A DNA stretch of 63,531 bases, filler included, from Octopus bimaculoides (lineage: Eukaryota), in the NCBI RefSeq assembly GCF_001194135.2. It is 6 parts of 5 records of this genome, joined end to end, with 100 filler letters (N's around TTAATTAATTAA, not from the genome) between each part and the next. Parts side by side here need not be neighbours in the genome. Positions count along the whole stretch, not along the records: positions 41,136 to 62,413 come from NC_068983.1; 5 more parts are not named here. One strand, given 5' to 3'. This document shows positions 50,061 to 62,186 of the stretch, piece after piece. A model generated the notes under the pieces. That model did not search any database, was not told where the DNA came from, and worked only from the letters and a program-made list of their open reading frames with translations. Every line of letters starts with the position of its first letter. Position 1 is the first letter of the stretch. The position numbers were made by a program, and so were the translations under genes.

Positions 50061-50924
50061 GAGAAATGTCTTAAACGCGTGTTAATTTTTCCAGGTTCTT
50101 ACAAAATGTTCATCATGTAGTTACAATTAATGCCTTCTTTACAAACAAATTTTATTAGCTCGGGTGCTATTTCAAATTGTTCTATCCGTCTAGATGAGTT
50201 ACAATAGACATCCTTGATACGGATCTCGTCACGATTTTTGTCGATAGTGTAGCAAACTCATAAGAGGCGGAGAGAGAACATAGCTTCGTTTGCCCGAACA
50301 GGAGAAATTATTGATTTCTCATTGGTTAAAAATTACTGCCCATATACGAATTCTGAACTTTCATTAAAGAAATCTTTCACGAAGTACGGTTCTTAGAATC
50401 CATATCTTCAACATACATGCAAGTAGTAAACGCACGTTCAGCGTCTTGGTATGTATGATTCATCATAACATGTACACAGCCTGAATTAAGAGTTATGCAT
50501 GGTGATAAATACTTAGAATTAAGTTATAAGTGACGAGTTTATCATGATAGCTTCTCACTTAAGAAATAATAATATTTGTTATACCTTACAATCAAAAACA
50601 TTAAAAATAAGATACAGTATTCGCCCCCGACCGTCACAATAGTTTCAGTTGATATTTTAAGAAAATGCAGCCAGAATAGTTTAAACACGTGGTGCACCTC
50701 AAGTGGTCAAATATTTTCTCAAGTCAAGGTTACAACGAGGAGTCTGTTAAAATTCCATATGCGATTAACCGGACTGGAAATCGCGAATATAGGTTCTGGT
50801 CAGCAGAAACTTCACTGAATATTGATGTCAAATATATAGGTAGAAGACCACAAATAGTATTTGCTTTTGTGGGTGAAGGATGTAAACGGGTAAGGTCTCT
50901 GTCCAAGGTTAATTAAGTGTCCCA

Positions 50925-51362
50925 TCAAGTTTGCTTCCCAACCATATGGTTTCGGGTTCAACAGCCTTTCGTGGCACCTCGGCAAGCATCTTCGGGAAAA
51001 TGTCTTCTAATATAGACCAGGGAGCGACCATAGATTTGCTAGACCGAAACTAAAAGCTCATCGTATATATATATATATATATATATAAACGATGTGCACG
51101 TCTGTGTGTGTGTGTATGTGTGTGTGTCTGTATATATGCATATATCTATATGTGCATGTCTGTGTATTTGTATTTGTCACCCAACACTGATTGACAACGG
51201 TGTTGGTTCGTTTACGCTCCAGTAATTCAGCAGGTCGGCAAAAAGGATAGATACGCACCAAGTCTTAAATACATAAGTACAGGGGTCAATTTGTTTGACT
51301 AAACTCATCAAGATGGTGCCCCAGCTTGGCCACAGTCCAAGGACTGAAACAAGTAAAAGGTA
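50925..51362 (+). mobile_element. Old SINE family B lacking the extreme 5' end
   Basis: AAGTTTGCTTCCCAACCATATGGTTTCGGGTTCA...GGTGCCCCAGCTTGGCCACAGTCCAAGGACTGAAACAAGTAAAAG. Confidence 0.85.
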
Positions 51363-52164
51363 AATTGTATAGTAAAAAGTAAATTCAGTAAAATGTTCAC
51401 TGAATACTGGTATTCGACATTAGTAGAAGACCACAAATAGTGTTCCCATTTGTGTGTATGTGACTATGTTTATGAATGTGTTGAATTGCATTCTCTTATG
51501 CTGTTGAATAAATTATAAATGAGATCGATTAACAATACATGGTTATGAAATTTGTTAGTTGATTAAAGGATATATGTCTGTGTTTACATATTACAGTCTC
51601 GCGTAATGTTTGCTTGTTGATATTTACCCTCGACTCAACGCTGACCGAAAGATCAAAGGCATTCATTAGGGCCATATCGAACTTTTATGGATGATCGAAG
51701 ACTACATTAGGATCTGGGTAAATATGTTCCAACCATTTGAAATACTTCAAATTTTCACTAAACCTATTTCAAGTTTTCTACACTCATGTACTTTTACATG
51801 CAGACGACTGAAATCGCATTAATTTTTCTCTAGATATTAATACAAAAAAAATTACAAACATTTGAAATTACGTCTATTGCCAACATACTGGAGGTGGCAA
51901 CTGTTTGTTTCCTTGGGAATAGTACATACAACGAAGACGAAACTTTCACATAGTCTCTTGATCTACTAGATATTGAGAACAAATCTTCTTTAAACAATAA
52001 CATGGCGTCTAAAAAACATAGGAAATGAAATGCACTACAGCTCCACTTATTTCCTCTCCTTAGGCGGGCATTAGTACTTTCCACTTGTTCAGTGGACTTA
52101 ATGTGACAAAGCTGCACCAGTGGAAGTTAGTTGGAATCCAGATAGAAAGTTAGCGATGAAATAA

Positions 52165-52325
52165 AAATATACCTCAGTTCCGGACTAGTACTTTATTTAT
52201 CGACTCCGAAACGATGAAGCAAAATTGATTTGACAGGAATTGAACTCAGAGAGCAAAGAATCAGAATGAAAATAGTAAAATATCCTATCCGATGCTATAA
52301 CGATTTTACCAATTGGTCCGCTCTT
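52165..52325 (-). mobile_element. Old family-C SINE remnant
   Basis: CTAGTACTTTATTTATCGACTCCGAAACGATGAAGCAAAATTGA...GAATTGAACTCAG...AACGATT. Confidence 0.65.
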
Positions 52326-52399
52326 GGAATTAAATACGTCATAACCAACAAGAGGATTATGACGTATCAATAAAAGCTAGCAGAACATCTTTTCATTTT

Positions 52400-52966
52400 T
52401 TACTTCCCTTAGCTATCCGGTTGACGTGAAAGCCAAATTCTTATCTACATCCGAGTTAATCAAGTCTAGGGAACGTGATAGCCATTCAAAGTAGGCCTCA
52501 CACATGGTTCCAGCAAGATGGGGCAATTGCTAATACCGCCAGAGAATGCAGTTGCTATGGGAGTGCTTTGGAGAGAGAATAATCTCCCGCTACGGTAATG
52601 GAAAACTGGCCTTCACGTTCCTCAGATTTGACTAGCCAGGATTTTTTCTTGTGAGGATAGCTGAAAGAGACGGTTTACGTGAACAAACCGGAGACCCTGG
52701 TGCAACTGAAGGAGAACGTCAATAAAGAAATCAGAGAAGTGGGTCTGAAACTCTTTTGGAAAGAGCGCGGCCGTGCGAAGCCGAAAATGGTTGCCATTTA
52801 AGCGATGTCCTTTTCCATATGTGATGTAGTAGTGTTGCAAAATTTGACTTCTGCATATCAATTTCCATTATATCCTTTATATCGTAACAAAATTTCATGC
52901 ATTTATTTGTAGAGTTAAGGAAGTTATTGAAACTTCAAACCCGTCAGTGACTTTTGGGACACCCCG
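52400..52966 (+). mobile_element. Tc1/mariner fossil (rosa/DD41D-like), 3' part with right TIR
   Basis: WFQQDGAIANTARE...FGERIISRYG...NWPSRSSDLTSQDFFL*G*LKETVYVNKPETLVQLKENVNKEIR; TIR GTGACTTTTGGGACACCCCG followed by TA (52967-52968). Exact D-D spacing cannot be read because of frameshifts. Confidence 0.85.
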
Positions 52967-54063
52967 TATAACGTAGATTGATTCTTTGAATTCATGTATC
53001 TATCTTTTTGAATTGTAATTTTTATTTAAACAATAGTCAGAAAATTCTTCACCTGCGTGGGAGGGCAAACCACGTGATTATGAAAATAAACCAGTTAAAT
53101 ATACCGATATGTGTCACATATTTTACATGCCTAAAACACCAAAGTATACCCCAAAATGATTTATGTTACATCAAAATAAACCCCCTTCTCCCGCTTCGAA
53201 GAAAATCCGTTTTTATGATTCATGACCAACATAAAAAATGCGATTCATTTGTAAAAAGGCATTCGTTGATTAAGCATAAAATCCATCCACACTGCGGATA
53301 CGCTTGAAATAAAACTGCCTGAAGCTATAATACCGGACAACTAGAGGCCAGAGAATGATATGTGTTTCCGCTCCGGGAACCAAACTCCATTGCTGGATCG
53401 ACTAAGGAAGTAAAGTATAATATATATATAAATTACGACAACAAATACGTACAAATATACACATATCACAATAATACAGTTTCTACAAGAGTACAATATG
53501 CACAAGCATATACGCACACGCGCGCACACGCACGCACACACACACACACACACACACTACAGTATTACAGGACTACAATATCTATGCTACATAAAATCAA
53601 GTGAAATATAAATCTTCATATAGTCCAAGAGTAAGATGAGAATAATTCTGAGTAAATATAAGTTAAAGTTAGAGAAATTTGCGAGAAACATGGTTTAAAA
53701 GATGACAAGAGAACAGTTAGGGCAATAGATAAAAGCACAATAGGTACAATCAGAGAAAATCCTGAAATAAAGAAACATTGATAATGACTATATAATTTAC
53801 TGGTGTGGGTATAAATACAAATAACAGCTACGTCGTTCTTACGAGCAATGCAGCAATGCGATTAATAGACAACAGGGGAGAACAGAAAATACTATGAGAT
53901 ATGAAAAGAAACACTAATCATGATAATTATAAAAAAGGTTTGATAGAAAAAGAGAGAGAGAGAGAGAAAGGAGAGAGAGGGGAGAGGGAGAGAGAAAAGA
54001 AGAAGAGGGATATAACACTATCACTATATACATATATATTAGTATGTATGCGTCTATCTCTTC

Positions 54064-54109
<46 letters not shown>

Positions 54110-54117
54110 CATATATA

Positions 54118-54315
54118 CGACGGGCTTCTTTCAGTTTCTGTCTACCAAATCCACTCACAAGGCTTTGTTTGGCCCGTGGATATAGTAGAAGACACTTGCC
54201 CAAGGTGCCACGCAGTGGAACTGAACCCGGAACCATGTAGTTGGTAAGCAAGCTACTTTATTTCATTGAATTAGCCACAAGTGCTGTACATAGAGTGGTA
54301 GCCACTCCTGCGCCT
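54118..54315 (-). mobile_element. SINE family B head with a 42-bp foreign insert at 54259-54300
   Basis: ...GCAAGCTACTT|TATTTCATTGAATTAGCCACAAGTGCTGTACATAGAGTGGTA|GCCACTCCTGCGCC; about 8 nt of SINE sequence (ACCACACA) is missing at the junction. Confidence 0.9.
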
Positions 54316-55316
54316 GAAGACATACATATTACACAATAGATAACATATTACACAATGTTTAGACATTCTACTATTTGTAAAAGTACTTATTACCCATTGA
54401 TGATAGTACTTTAAATAAAAATCGCTCCTATGCGCTAACTATACCTAACCTTACACTTAATTAAGCCTATACTAACGAATTTTATAAATACAAATAAATA
54501 ATTCCCTACGCTGGTTAACCATAATTTGGTATCAGCTTGGTAATAGATACTGTATTTGGCCATATTCAGATCGACTGCTATTTCAGAAAACACATTTTGG
54601 CCAATGATGCATAATATTCCAGTCTATTATAGCCATATTTAATGCCTGAACAACTTTTACATATCATTGAGGTTGCTTCCCCCTAATGAACGACCGCATG
54701 ATTCTGTAATTCTACACCTCGAAACCTCTATATACTTCCGTTTGCCTCTATTTTAGATATTATTTCTTTTTCATTATAATACATGATTCATTGAATTTAC
54801 TTTTATAATTTAGTTGGCATTATGGACCGGTTATATGTTCATATTTATATACTTCTATAGAAGCTGGTATACATATTTGTCATTGTAAGTTGTTTATATG
54901 CACATATATGTATTTGTACGTATGTGTTTGCCTGTGCGCATATGTCTATATATATATATATATATATATATAACATAAATAATATATAACCTTATGCATA
55001 TATCCATTCATATATGTACATACCTACATCTATATGTATACATACATGCATATATGGGTACAGGACATCGCAAATAAACGTTAAACACAATGAGAAAGGA
55101 AAACATAAAAACAAAAACAGAAAACGAACTTTTTTTTCGAACAACGAAAAAAACAAACAGAGAAATGAGACATGCAACATAAAGAATATTTCCCTTCGTC
55201 AGTTGTCCCTGTTCCATATTCTGGTATGTGTAGTAAATGTGCACATATGTATCCATGTCTGTCTATAAGTGAATGGATGTATATTTAAATTTGTATATTA
55301 AATAGGCATTTATGTA

Positions 55317-55900
55317 CGAGGGAGAGTAAAAGATTATACGCACTCTTGTTTTTTTGCAATGTATTTACACGAAAGCAGCGGATAAACAAGTATATCATTT
55401 TTCTTGTCTCCTTCTTTTTCGATGCACTTGGTCCAACGGTCCACAGCTTGCGTATTCCCCCCAAGAAGAAGGTTTTCGGTTGGTCGTGCATCTATTTGTG
55501 CACCGCTTCCTTCACATCTTCAACCGTAAGAAATCAACGAGCAGTTCAAAGATATGATAGTCGGAAGGGGCGAGATCTGGGCTATAGGCAGGGTGTTCCA
55601 GCACCTCAGAACCCAATTGGTAAATAGTTTCAACGGTCTGGGCGGGCGTGTGTGAGCTCGCATTGTCATGCAACAACAAAACTTTCTTCGACAGTAAGCT
55701 TCGGCGTTTGGTGCGAATTTCTGGCTTCAGTTTGTTGGCCACCAAAACACTGTATCTTACACTGTTGATCGTACACCACTTTTCCAGAGAAATCGGATCG
55801 CTGCTCTTTGTTCTTCTTTGGTGCACATTGCTAGTGGATCTGCGATGCTTACACTGTAAAGCCAGAAAGAAAAATATGGCACGATCAGGCCCAAACTTCG
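55317..55900 (-). mobile_element. mariner (DD34D) fossil, internally deleted
   Basis: LLLHDNASSHT...HPAYSPDLAPSDY with 34 residues between the two Ds; N-terminal MCTKEEQRAAIRFLW joined directly to the catalytic part; TA|CGAGGG... terminus at 55315-55340. Confidence 0.92.
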
Positions 55901-55936
55901 ATCATTTATGTGTGAAATATATACGTATCTAAGTGA

Positions 55937-56028
55937 TAAAATAAGTACTTGTTGAGCACTGGGCTTGATGTAACCAACTAGCCCGCTAAACCGAACTTGC
56001 TGGTCTTGTGCCAAATTCTGAAATTATT
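55937..56028 (+). mobile_element. SINE family C 3' fragment, tail variant ii
   Basis: ATAAAATAAGTACTTGTTGAGCACTGGG...CGAACTTGCTGGTCTTGTGCCAAATT. Confidence 0.75.
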
Positions 56029-56041
56029 ATAATCATCTGTT

Positions 56042-56366
56042 GTGGAGGCGCAATGGTCCAGTGGTTAGGGCGGCGGACTCGCGGTCGGAGGATCGCGGTT
56101 TCGATTCCCAGACCGGGTGTTGTGTGTGTTTATTGAGCGAAAACGTCTAGAGTTCCACGAGGCTCCGGCCCAACTTTCTCCCACTTTCTCCGGCCCCAAC
56201 TTTTTCTCGTTCTTTCCTCCTGTTTCTTGAGTAAAGCTGCGATGGACTGGCGTCACGTCCAGCTGGTGTGTGTGTGTGTGGGGGGGGGACATACGCCATA
56301 GAAACCGGGAAACCGGGCCCATGAGCCTGGCTAGGCTTGCAAAAGGGCGCATAAATAAATAAAAGA
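56042..56366 (+). mobile_element. Chimeric SINE: family-A head 1 + V-domain-like tail, 13-bp TSD
   Basis: First ~125 nt match family A; 3' part GCTGCGATGGACTGGCGTCACGTCCAG...(AAAT)n; TSD ATAATCATCTGTT at 56029-56041 and 56367-56379. Confidence 0.93.
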
Positions 56367-56855
56367 ATAATCATCTGTTAACTATAACAAATCCAAAAAT
56401 GACTTAGGATCATAAAATGAGATCTCACATGGCTCAGTTCTTACAGATACATCTTTACAAGCTTTATTTTGAATGAATATAGTCCAGGGTTCAATTCTTG
56501 CAGATTCATCCTCACATGCTTTTATTTTTAATGATATATATCACAACGCCAGTTCACTTGTGAAAACATCTTTTGGATGAACTTATAATTTTGTTTTCAG
56601 TCACAGAAAACATTTCTGAATCAGACTTGTTCCAAACTTTTAAATCCTAACACATGGAGCGCGGAAAATGACAATAGGGCAAAAGAAACTGACGTAAAAT
56701 TGCCGGATTTTCGTATTAAAGTCTGGCTTTAATAAGGAATTAGACATGGAGTGAATGTTTACATTTATTTCACCACCACCACCAGCACCACGACGAAAAT
56801 ATATCAACAAACACCAAACATATTTACAACCACGCACACACACACACACACGCAC

Positions 56856-56955
<100 letters not shown>

Positions 56956-57405
56956 GGCTATGATACGAAAACTACAACAGTTATTGACGTTTCAATATGA
57001 AAACAAGTTTTATAAAACTAAGATTGTAATGCTTCAAATGCTTAAGGAATTTTTGTTTCTTTTCTCGGTTCACGCCATTTTTTTATTTTGATTCCATATT
57101 AAAATCATAAATCAGAGTGAGTTGATATTTATTAAGGCAAGTGTAATATACTCTGGGATCATTGTATTCTTCATTGCGATGCCCAACGTTCGTCGTTACA
57201 CAATAGTGAACCCACTGATAATAATGTTGAACAAAAACTCAAGAAAATATGTGTGAGTCAATCAAAATAACGCTTGATTTTAATGCAGAACAGTAGCAGA
57301 GAAAATATTTGTTGAAGAGAGTGAAAAGATAGATAACAGACGACTGTTATAGCAATTATAAAACCATAGATATATATACAAGCAAAAAAGAAACATTAAT
57401 AAAAG

Positions 57406-57564
57406 GAACACAAACAACTATTTTATAAAGAGTTGATGTGTGAATAACAATAAGAATAAGGTACAGCAATATAACTGAAGAGCTAACAGGTATAAGAACT
57501 ATACAGGGTTTAACGATAACTCCTCAAATGCTAATATACTAAGAGAAAGGACACAGAAATATTT

Positions 57565-57623
<59 letters not shown>

Positions 57624-57685
57624 NNNNNNNNNNNNNNNNNNNNNNNNNNNNNNNNNNNNNNNNNNNNNNNNNNNNNNNNNNNNNN

Positions 57686-57738
<53 letters not shown>

Positions 57739-57893
57739 ACAAACAACTATTTTATAAAGAGTTGATGTGTGAATAGCAATAAGAATAAGGTACAGCAATA
57801 TAACTGAAGAGCTAACAGGTATAAGAACTATACAGGGTTTAACGATAACTCCTCAAATGCTAATATACTAAGAGAAAGGACACAGAAATATTT

Positions 57894-57975
<82 letters not shown>
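57406..57975. repeat. Near-perfect tandem duplication of ~160 bp plus (GA)n across an N gap
   Basis: 57406-57566 vs 57735-57895 differ at about 1-2 positions. Confidence 0.9.
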
Positions 57976-57978
<3 letters not shown>

Positions 57979-59024
57979 AAACGAAAAGCAAGATGAAACT
58001 CTTAGAACAAATGTTGATATTAAAACAAAATTTGATGAGTAATAAAATACAGTGTAGATTTATATTATGACAACGAACTCTCGATAAATATAAGAGGTAA
58101 ATGAATACCATCCAATCCCTTTTAAATATATCTTATAACACCTTCCATTAAATATAAGGCTACCATAGGCATACACTTATAACCTCCAACAGCTGTTAAA
58201 TAGTGTGTAAGTTTGTAACACTTAACTTCTGTTAAATATAGTAAGATGTAAATATTTAGTATACAACTCCTCTTAAATGTAACCCCTTATAACAAATTAC
58301 TTTAAACATAATCATGATACTCAAGATGTACATTTATAACCTCCAACTGCTGTTTATTGTCAGGTATCACTTTAGTACTGTTAAATTACAAGGTGTAAAT
58401 ACAAAACATCTACGTCTGGCTCTCTACAACAAAGTATTAATCTGTAACAAATATGTCCTGATCACAGCTGCATAGTACAGACTATACCAACCAGCTTTGT
58501 AAAGAGTATGAGATCTATTTTATGGCCATAACGACACTGCGAACTAAAGCATCCACCACGTGATCATGAGTATATAGTACAGACAATAATGTCATTCATA
58601 ATCATAAGTACATTATAAGGAAAAAGTCACTTGGAAGGCTTTTATGACGATTGGAAAACGATCTAGTTAAGTGATTTGGTTCAAAATGGAAATGAATGGT
58701 GCAGTCAAGAAGGAGACTGAAACGGTACTGTGACCAGCGATATATAATCTAGTCAATACCGTTGTACAAGCGATACACACACACACACTCTCTCTCTCAT
58801 ACACTCGCACGCGCACACACAAACATATATNNNNNNNNNNNNNNNNNNNNNNNNNNNNNNNNNNNNNNNNNNNNNNNNNNNNNNNNNNNNNNNNNNNNNN
58901 NNNNNNNNNNNNNNNNNNNNNNNNNNNNNNNNNNNNNNNNNNNNNNNNNNNNNNNNNNNNNNNNNNNNNNNNNNNNNNNNNNNNNNNNNNNATGTGTGGG
59001 TATGTATATGCAGGCATGATATTG

Positions 59025-59098
59025 GTGCAGGTCTGACTGTGTGGTTAAGAAGCTCTCTCTGTAACTACACGGTTACAGGTTCAGTCGCGGGGAAGTCT
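59025..59098 (+). mobile_element. Old family-B-like SINE head fragment
   Basis: GTGCAGGTCTGACTGTGTGGTTAAGAAGCT...GGTTCAGTC. Confidence 0.6.
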
Positions 59099-60977
59099 TC
59101 CAGTTTCCGAGCCTCCCTGAACTGGAGAAGGAAGAGAGCGTAGCAGACGATAACGTTTAAGTCTATTGTTCACATCTGGACGTACAGGATATTTTCTGTT
59201 GTTTTTTTTTGTCTCTATAGCTTAAAATACCAGTCTGGATGTTCAATCCATTCACATATACCAACCACCAGAAAACAAGAATAGCGAAGAAAGAACTGGT
59301 TTGTCTTCTAAAAGACGGCCATATCAGGATTTTGGGTTACCAAAGGGCATTTCTGACTGTGCACTGTGAAACAAAGTATTACTTTATTGCCTTCGCAACT
59401 ACATATTTAGTAGAACGGCGCTCCAGTGCAGTTCAGTTTCTTTCTAAATCAAGAAACAGACTAAAATCTCTGGAATCTATTTGGTACCTACCAGCCTCAT
59501 GTTGAGAAGCCGATATACCTGTACCAAGTGCATCCATTCTATTGAAATGACGAAAACAAAGTAGTTACAGGGGAGACCCACATTTATTCTTCCATATTGT
59601 AAAAATAGTAAACTAATGGGTCTATCAGGTTAAGTTTTATTAGAGAAATATAGTTGTTTCGAATTTGCAGTAGAAAGAGGTGAACGTTTGTGTGTGTGTG
59701 TGCATGTATTGTGTGTTAGTGAGTGTGCGTGGGGATGAGAATATAGCCAGGGAGCCAAGGGGGCGGCCGTCCGAAAAGTTTGGGAACCAATGTAATAGAT
59801 ACTCCACAAGTGGAGCGCATTGATATTTGATTTGTTTATTCTCCTAACACTCACATCATAGAGAAAGGGTCTGTAGTTTTCTTTTTGTGGCTTAACCCAA
59901 ATTCAGCCCTGATAGAAGAGATCTATGGTCAAAAGTGCTCCAGTCATAGTCATTCTCTCTTTTTATATTTGTAAGGCTGTATTGTACAATATATATTTTA
60001 TTTAATACAGTAGAAGGTAATTTGTGGTAGATTTGGCTGCTATATCTAGAGCATAGAAATTCCTTAGTTAGCTTACCTAGTTGTGGTATGTTTGAAAAGA
60101 GAGCAATAAGGGAACAGATGGATACAGATTCCACTGTTTCGGACACTATCAAATATGATATCGTTTTCTATCCAACATAGAGGGGGAAAAAAAAAACTAT
60201 AAAAGAACTGAATAAAATTTCCAAAGTGTGGTTAATGATATCCATGGCAGCTATATACATCTTCAACTAGAAATTTGCTTCCAAAGACTGGACATTAAGA
60301 CCACAAAGCGGCATATATTAACTATTTTAAGAGCTTGTCTAAGAGCCGTGTTATAGTCTAAGAATTTTATCCATTTCAGATTTAGCGTTTTATAGGAATC
60401 ACATGGTGTATTTTGGTCGAGTGTCAAGTTTCTCACATAAACGTTTTATTTTTAGGAAACAATGTGGTATTTAAACTGTTTAGGGATTTATATGTAAATA
60501 AATGTGCATATAAAATAAATACATTTTCTCGTGACACACATGAAAATGTATCGTTAGTGTATCTGTCCCTATAGAATTACAGAAGGATATTAGAATATTT
60601 TATTTTGAAATCCTATAGTGCAAACGTAAGTGGTAATAAATGTAAATGATCTGGTTCAGAATGTATATGCCTCATCGATTTAAGCTTCATTCAATGTGTT
60701 TAATGTCGGGTAAAGTCTCTTTACGGTTCTTTATCTTGAGAAGCAACATAAAAGCACGTAACTGTGAGACGTAGAAGTAAATGAAAAAAGAAAAACAACA
60801 AAACACTCAAATTATCAAGCTAAGAAGATCTTCAATTCTTGTACCCATTTTTCAGCGGGAAGTAACGTAGGAGCCAATTACCATTCACAACGAGCGTAAC
60901 TAGTCGCAATTCATTTTAGTAAAAATAAAAGTAAAAATCTCAAATTCGTCTCCGTTTCACACATTAGTTTTCATATA

Positions 60978-62126
60978 CACAGACATGCAGGAAGTAAATA
61001 GACACCTTTAATTTTCAAAATCTTTTATTTAATACGCAAAGCGAACAATTGAAATGTAATCGATAGGTAAGATTACATACTTTAGTATTTAGTTGACATT
61101 CCCTTTGCAGTTTTTAATTCAGAAACTCTTTTTGGCGTTGAACTGATGAGCTTTGTGATTGTCTCTTGTGGAATTTCTGCCCATTTTTCACGCAACAATC
61201 GAAACGATTCATCTTTAGATTTGGGTTTCTTATTTCTTTATTGCTCACAAGGGGCTAGACACAGAAAGGACAAACAAGGACAGACAAAGGGATTAAGTCG
61301 ATTACATCGACCCCAGTGCGTAACTGGTACTTAATTTATCGACCCTGAAAGGATGAAAGGCAAAGTCGACCTCGGCGGAATTTGAACTCAGAACGTAAAG
61401 ACAGACGAAATACTGCCAAGCATTTCGCCCGGCGTGATAACGTTTCTGCCAGCTCGCCGCCTTTAGATTTAGGTTTCTGTCGAGTTTTTCGTATAGCTCT
61501 ATCTAGTATGCCCCAAAGATTTTCAATTGGGTACATGTCAGGAGATTGGCCATTGTTGATTCCTTTTTGCTGTGTGCCGTGGAGCCCCATCTTCCATGAA
61601 TAAAAACTCATTTTTCGTTATGTTATCGTGTGAATACATCGGAAGTAGTCCTTACTTAAGTATTTCGATGTATTGTTCAGAGTTTATGGTTCCAACACAT
61701 TTCGATCACCTCAGAACGACCATTGCTGGTGAGAGCTCCCCATACCATTACAGAGATACCGCCAAGTTTCACAGTTGGTTGGAGTCGTTTCAAATCAAAT
61801 TCTCGAGTGGGAAGCTTCCAGGCCCAAACACATCCACTATCTGAAAATAATGCAAATCTGGATTCATCTGAGAAAATCACTCTATGACAAAATGAACTGG
61901 ATTTTTCTGACATCTCCTTAGCCCATTTCTTTCTTTTCATGATATTAATTGGTTGAAGGAGAGGTTTTCTTCTAGCTGCTCGTCCATAACACCCAAGCTT
62001 ATGCAGATATGTAACACACGTTCTTGGACCAACTTCTAGCTGTTTTGCAATGTCAGAAGTATTCGAACGGGGTTCGTTTTCCACAATTCTCTTCAAACTG
62101 CGAAGGTTCCTTTCCGAGGGTCCAGG

Positions 62127-62186
<60 letters not shown>

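Noticed and set aside
57406-57975. Tandem duplication as a biological event
   Set aside because: Near-identical copies straddle an N gap bordered by (GA)n; most likely uncollapsed haplotypes or overlapping contig ends.
59774-59792. hAT/Charlie-like right terminus AAAAGTTTGGGAACCAATG
   Set aside because: No matching left TIR or TSD found; too little to call an element.
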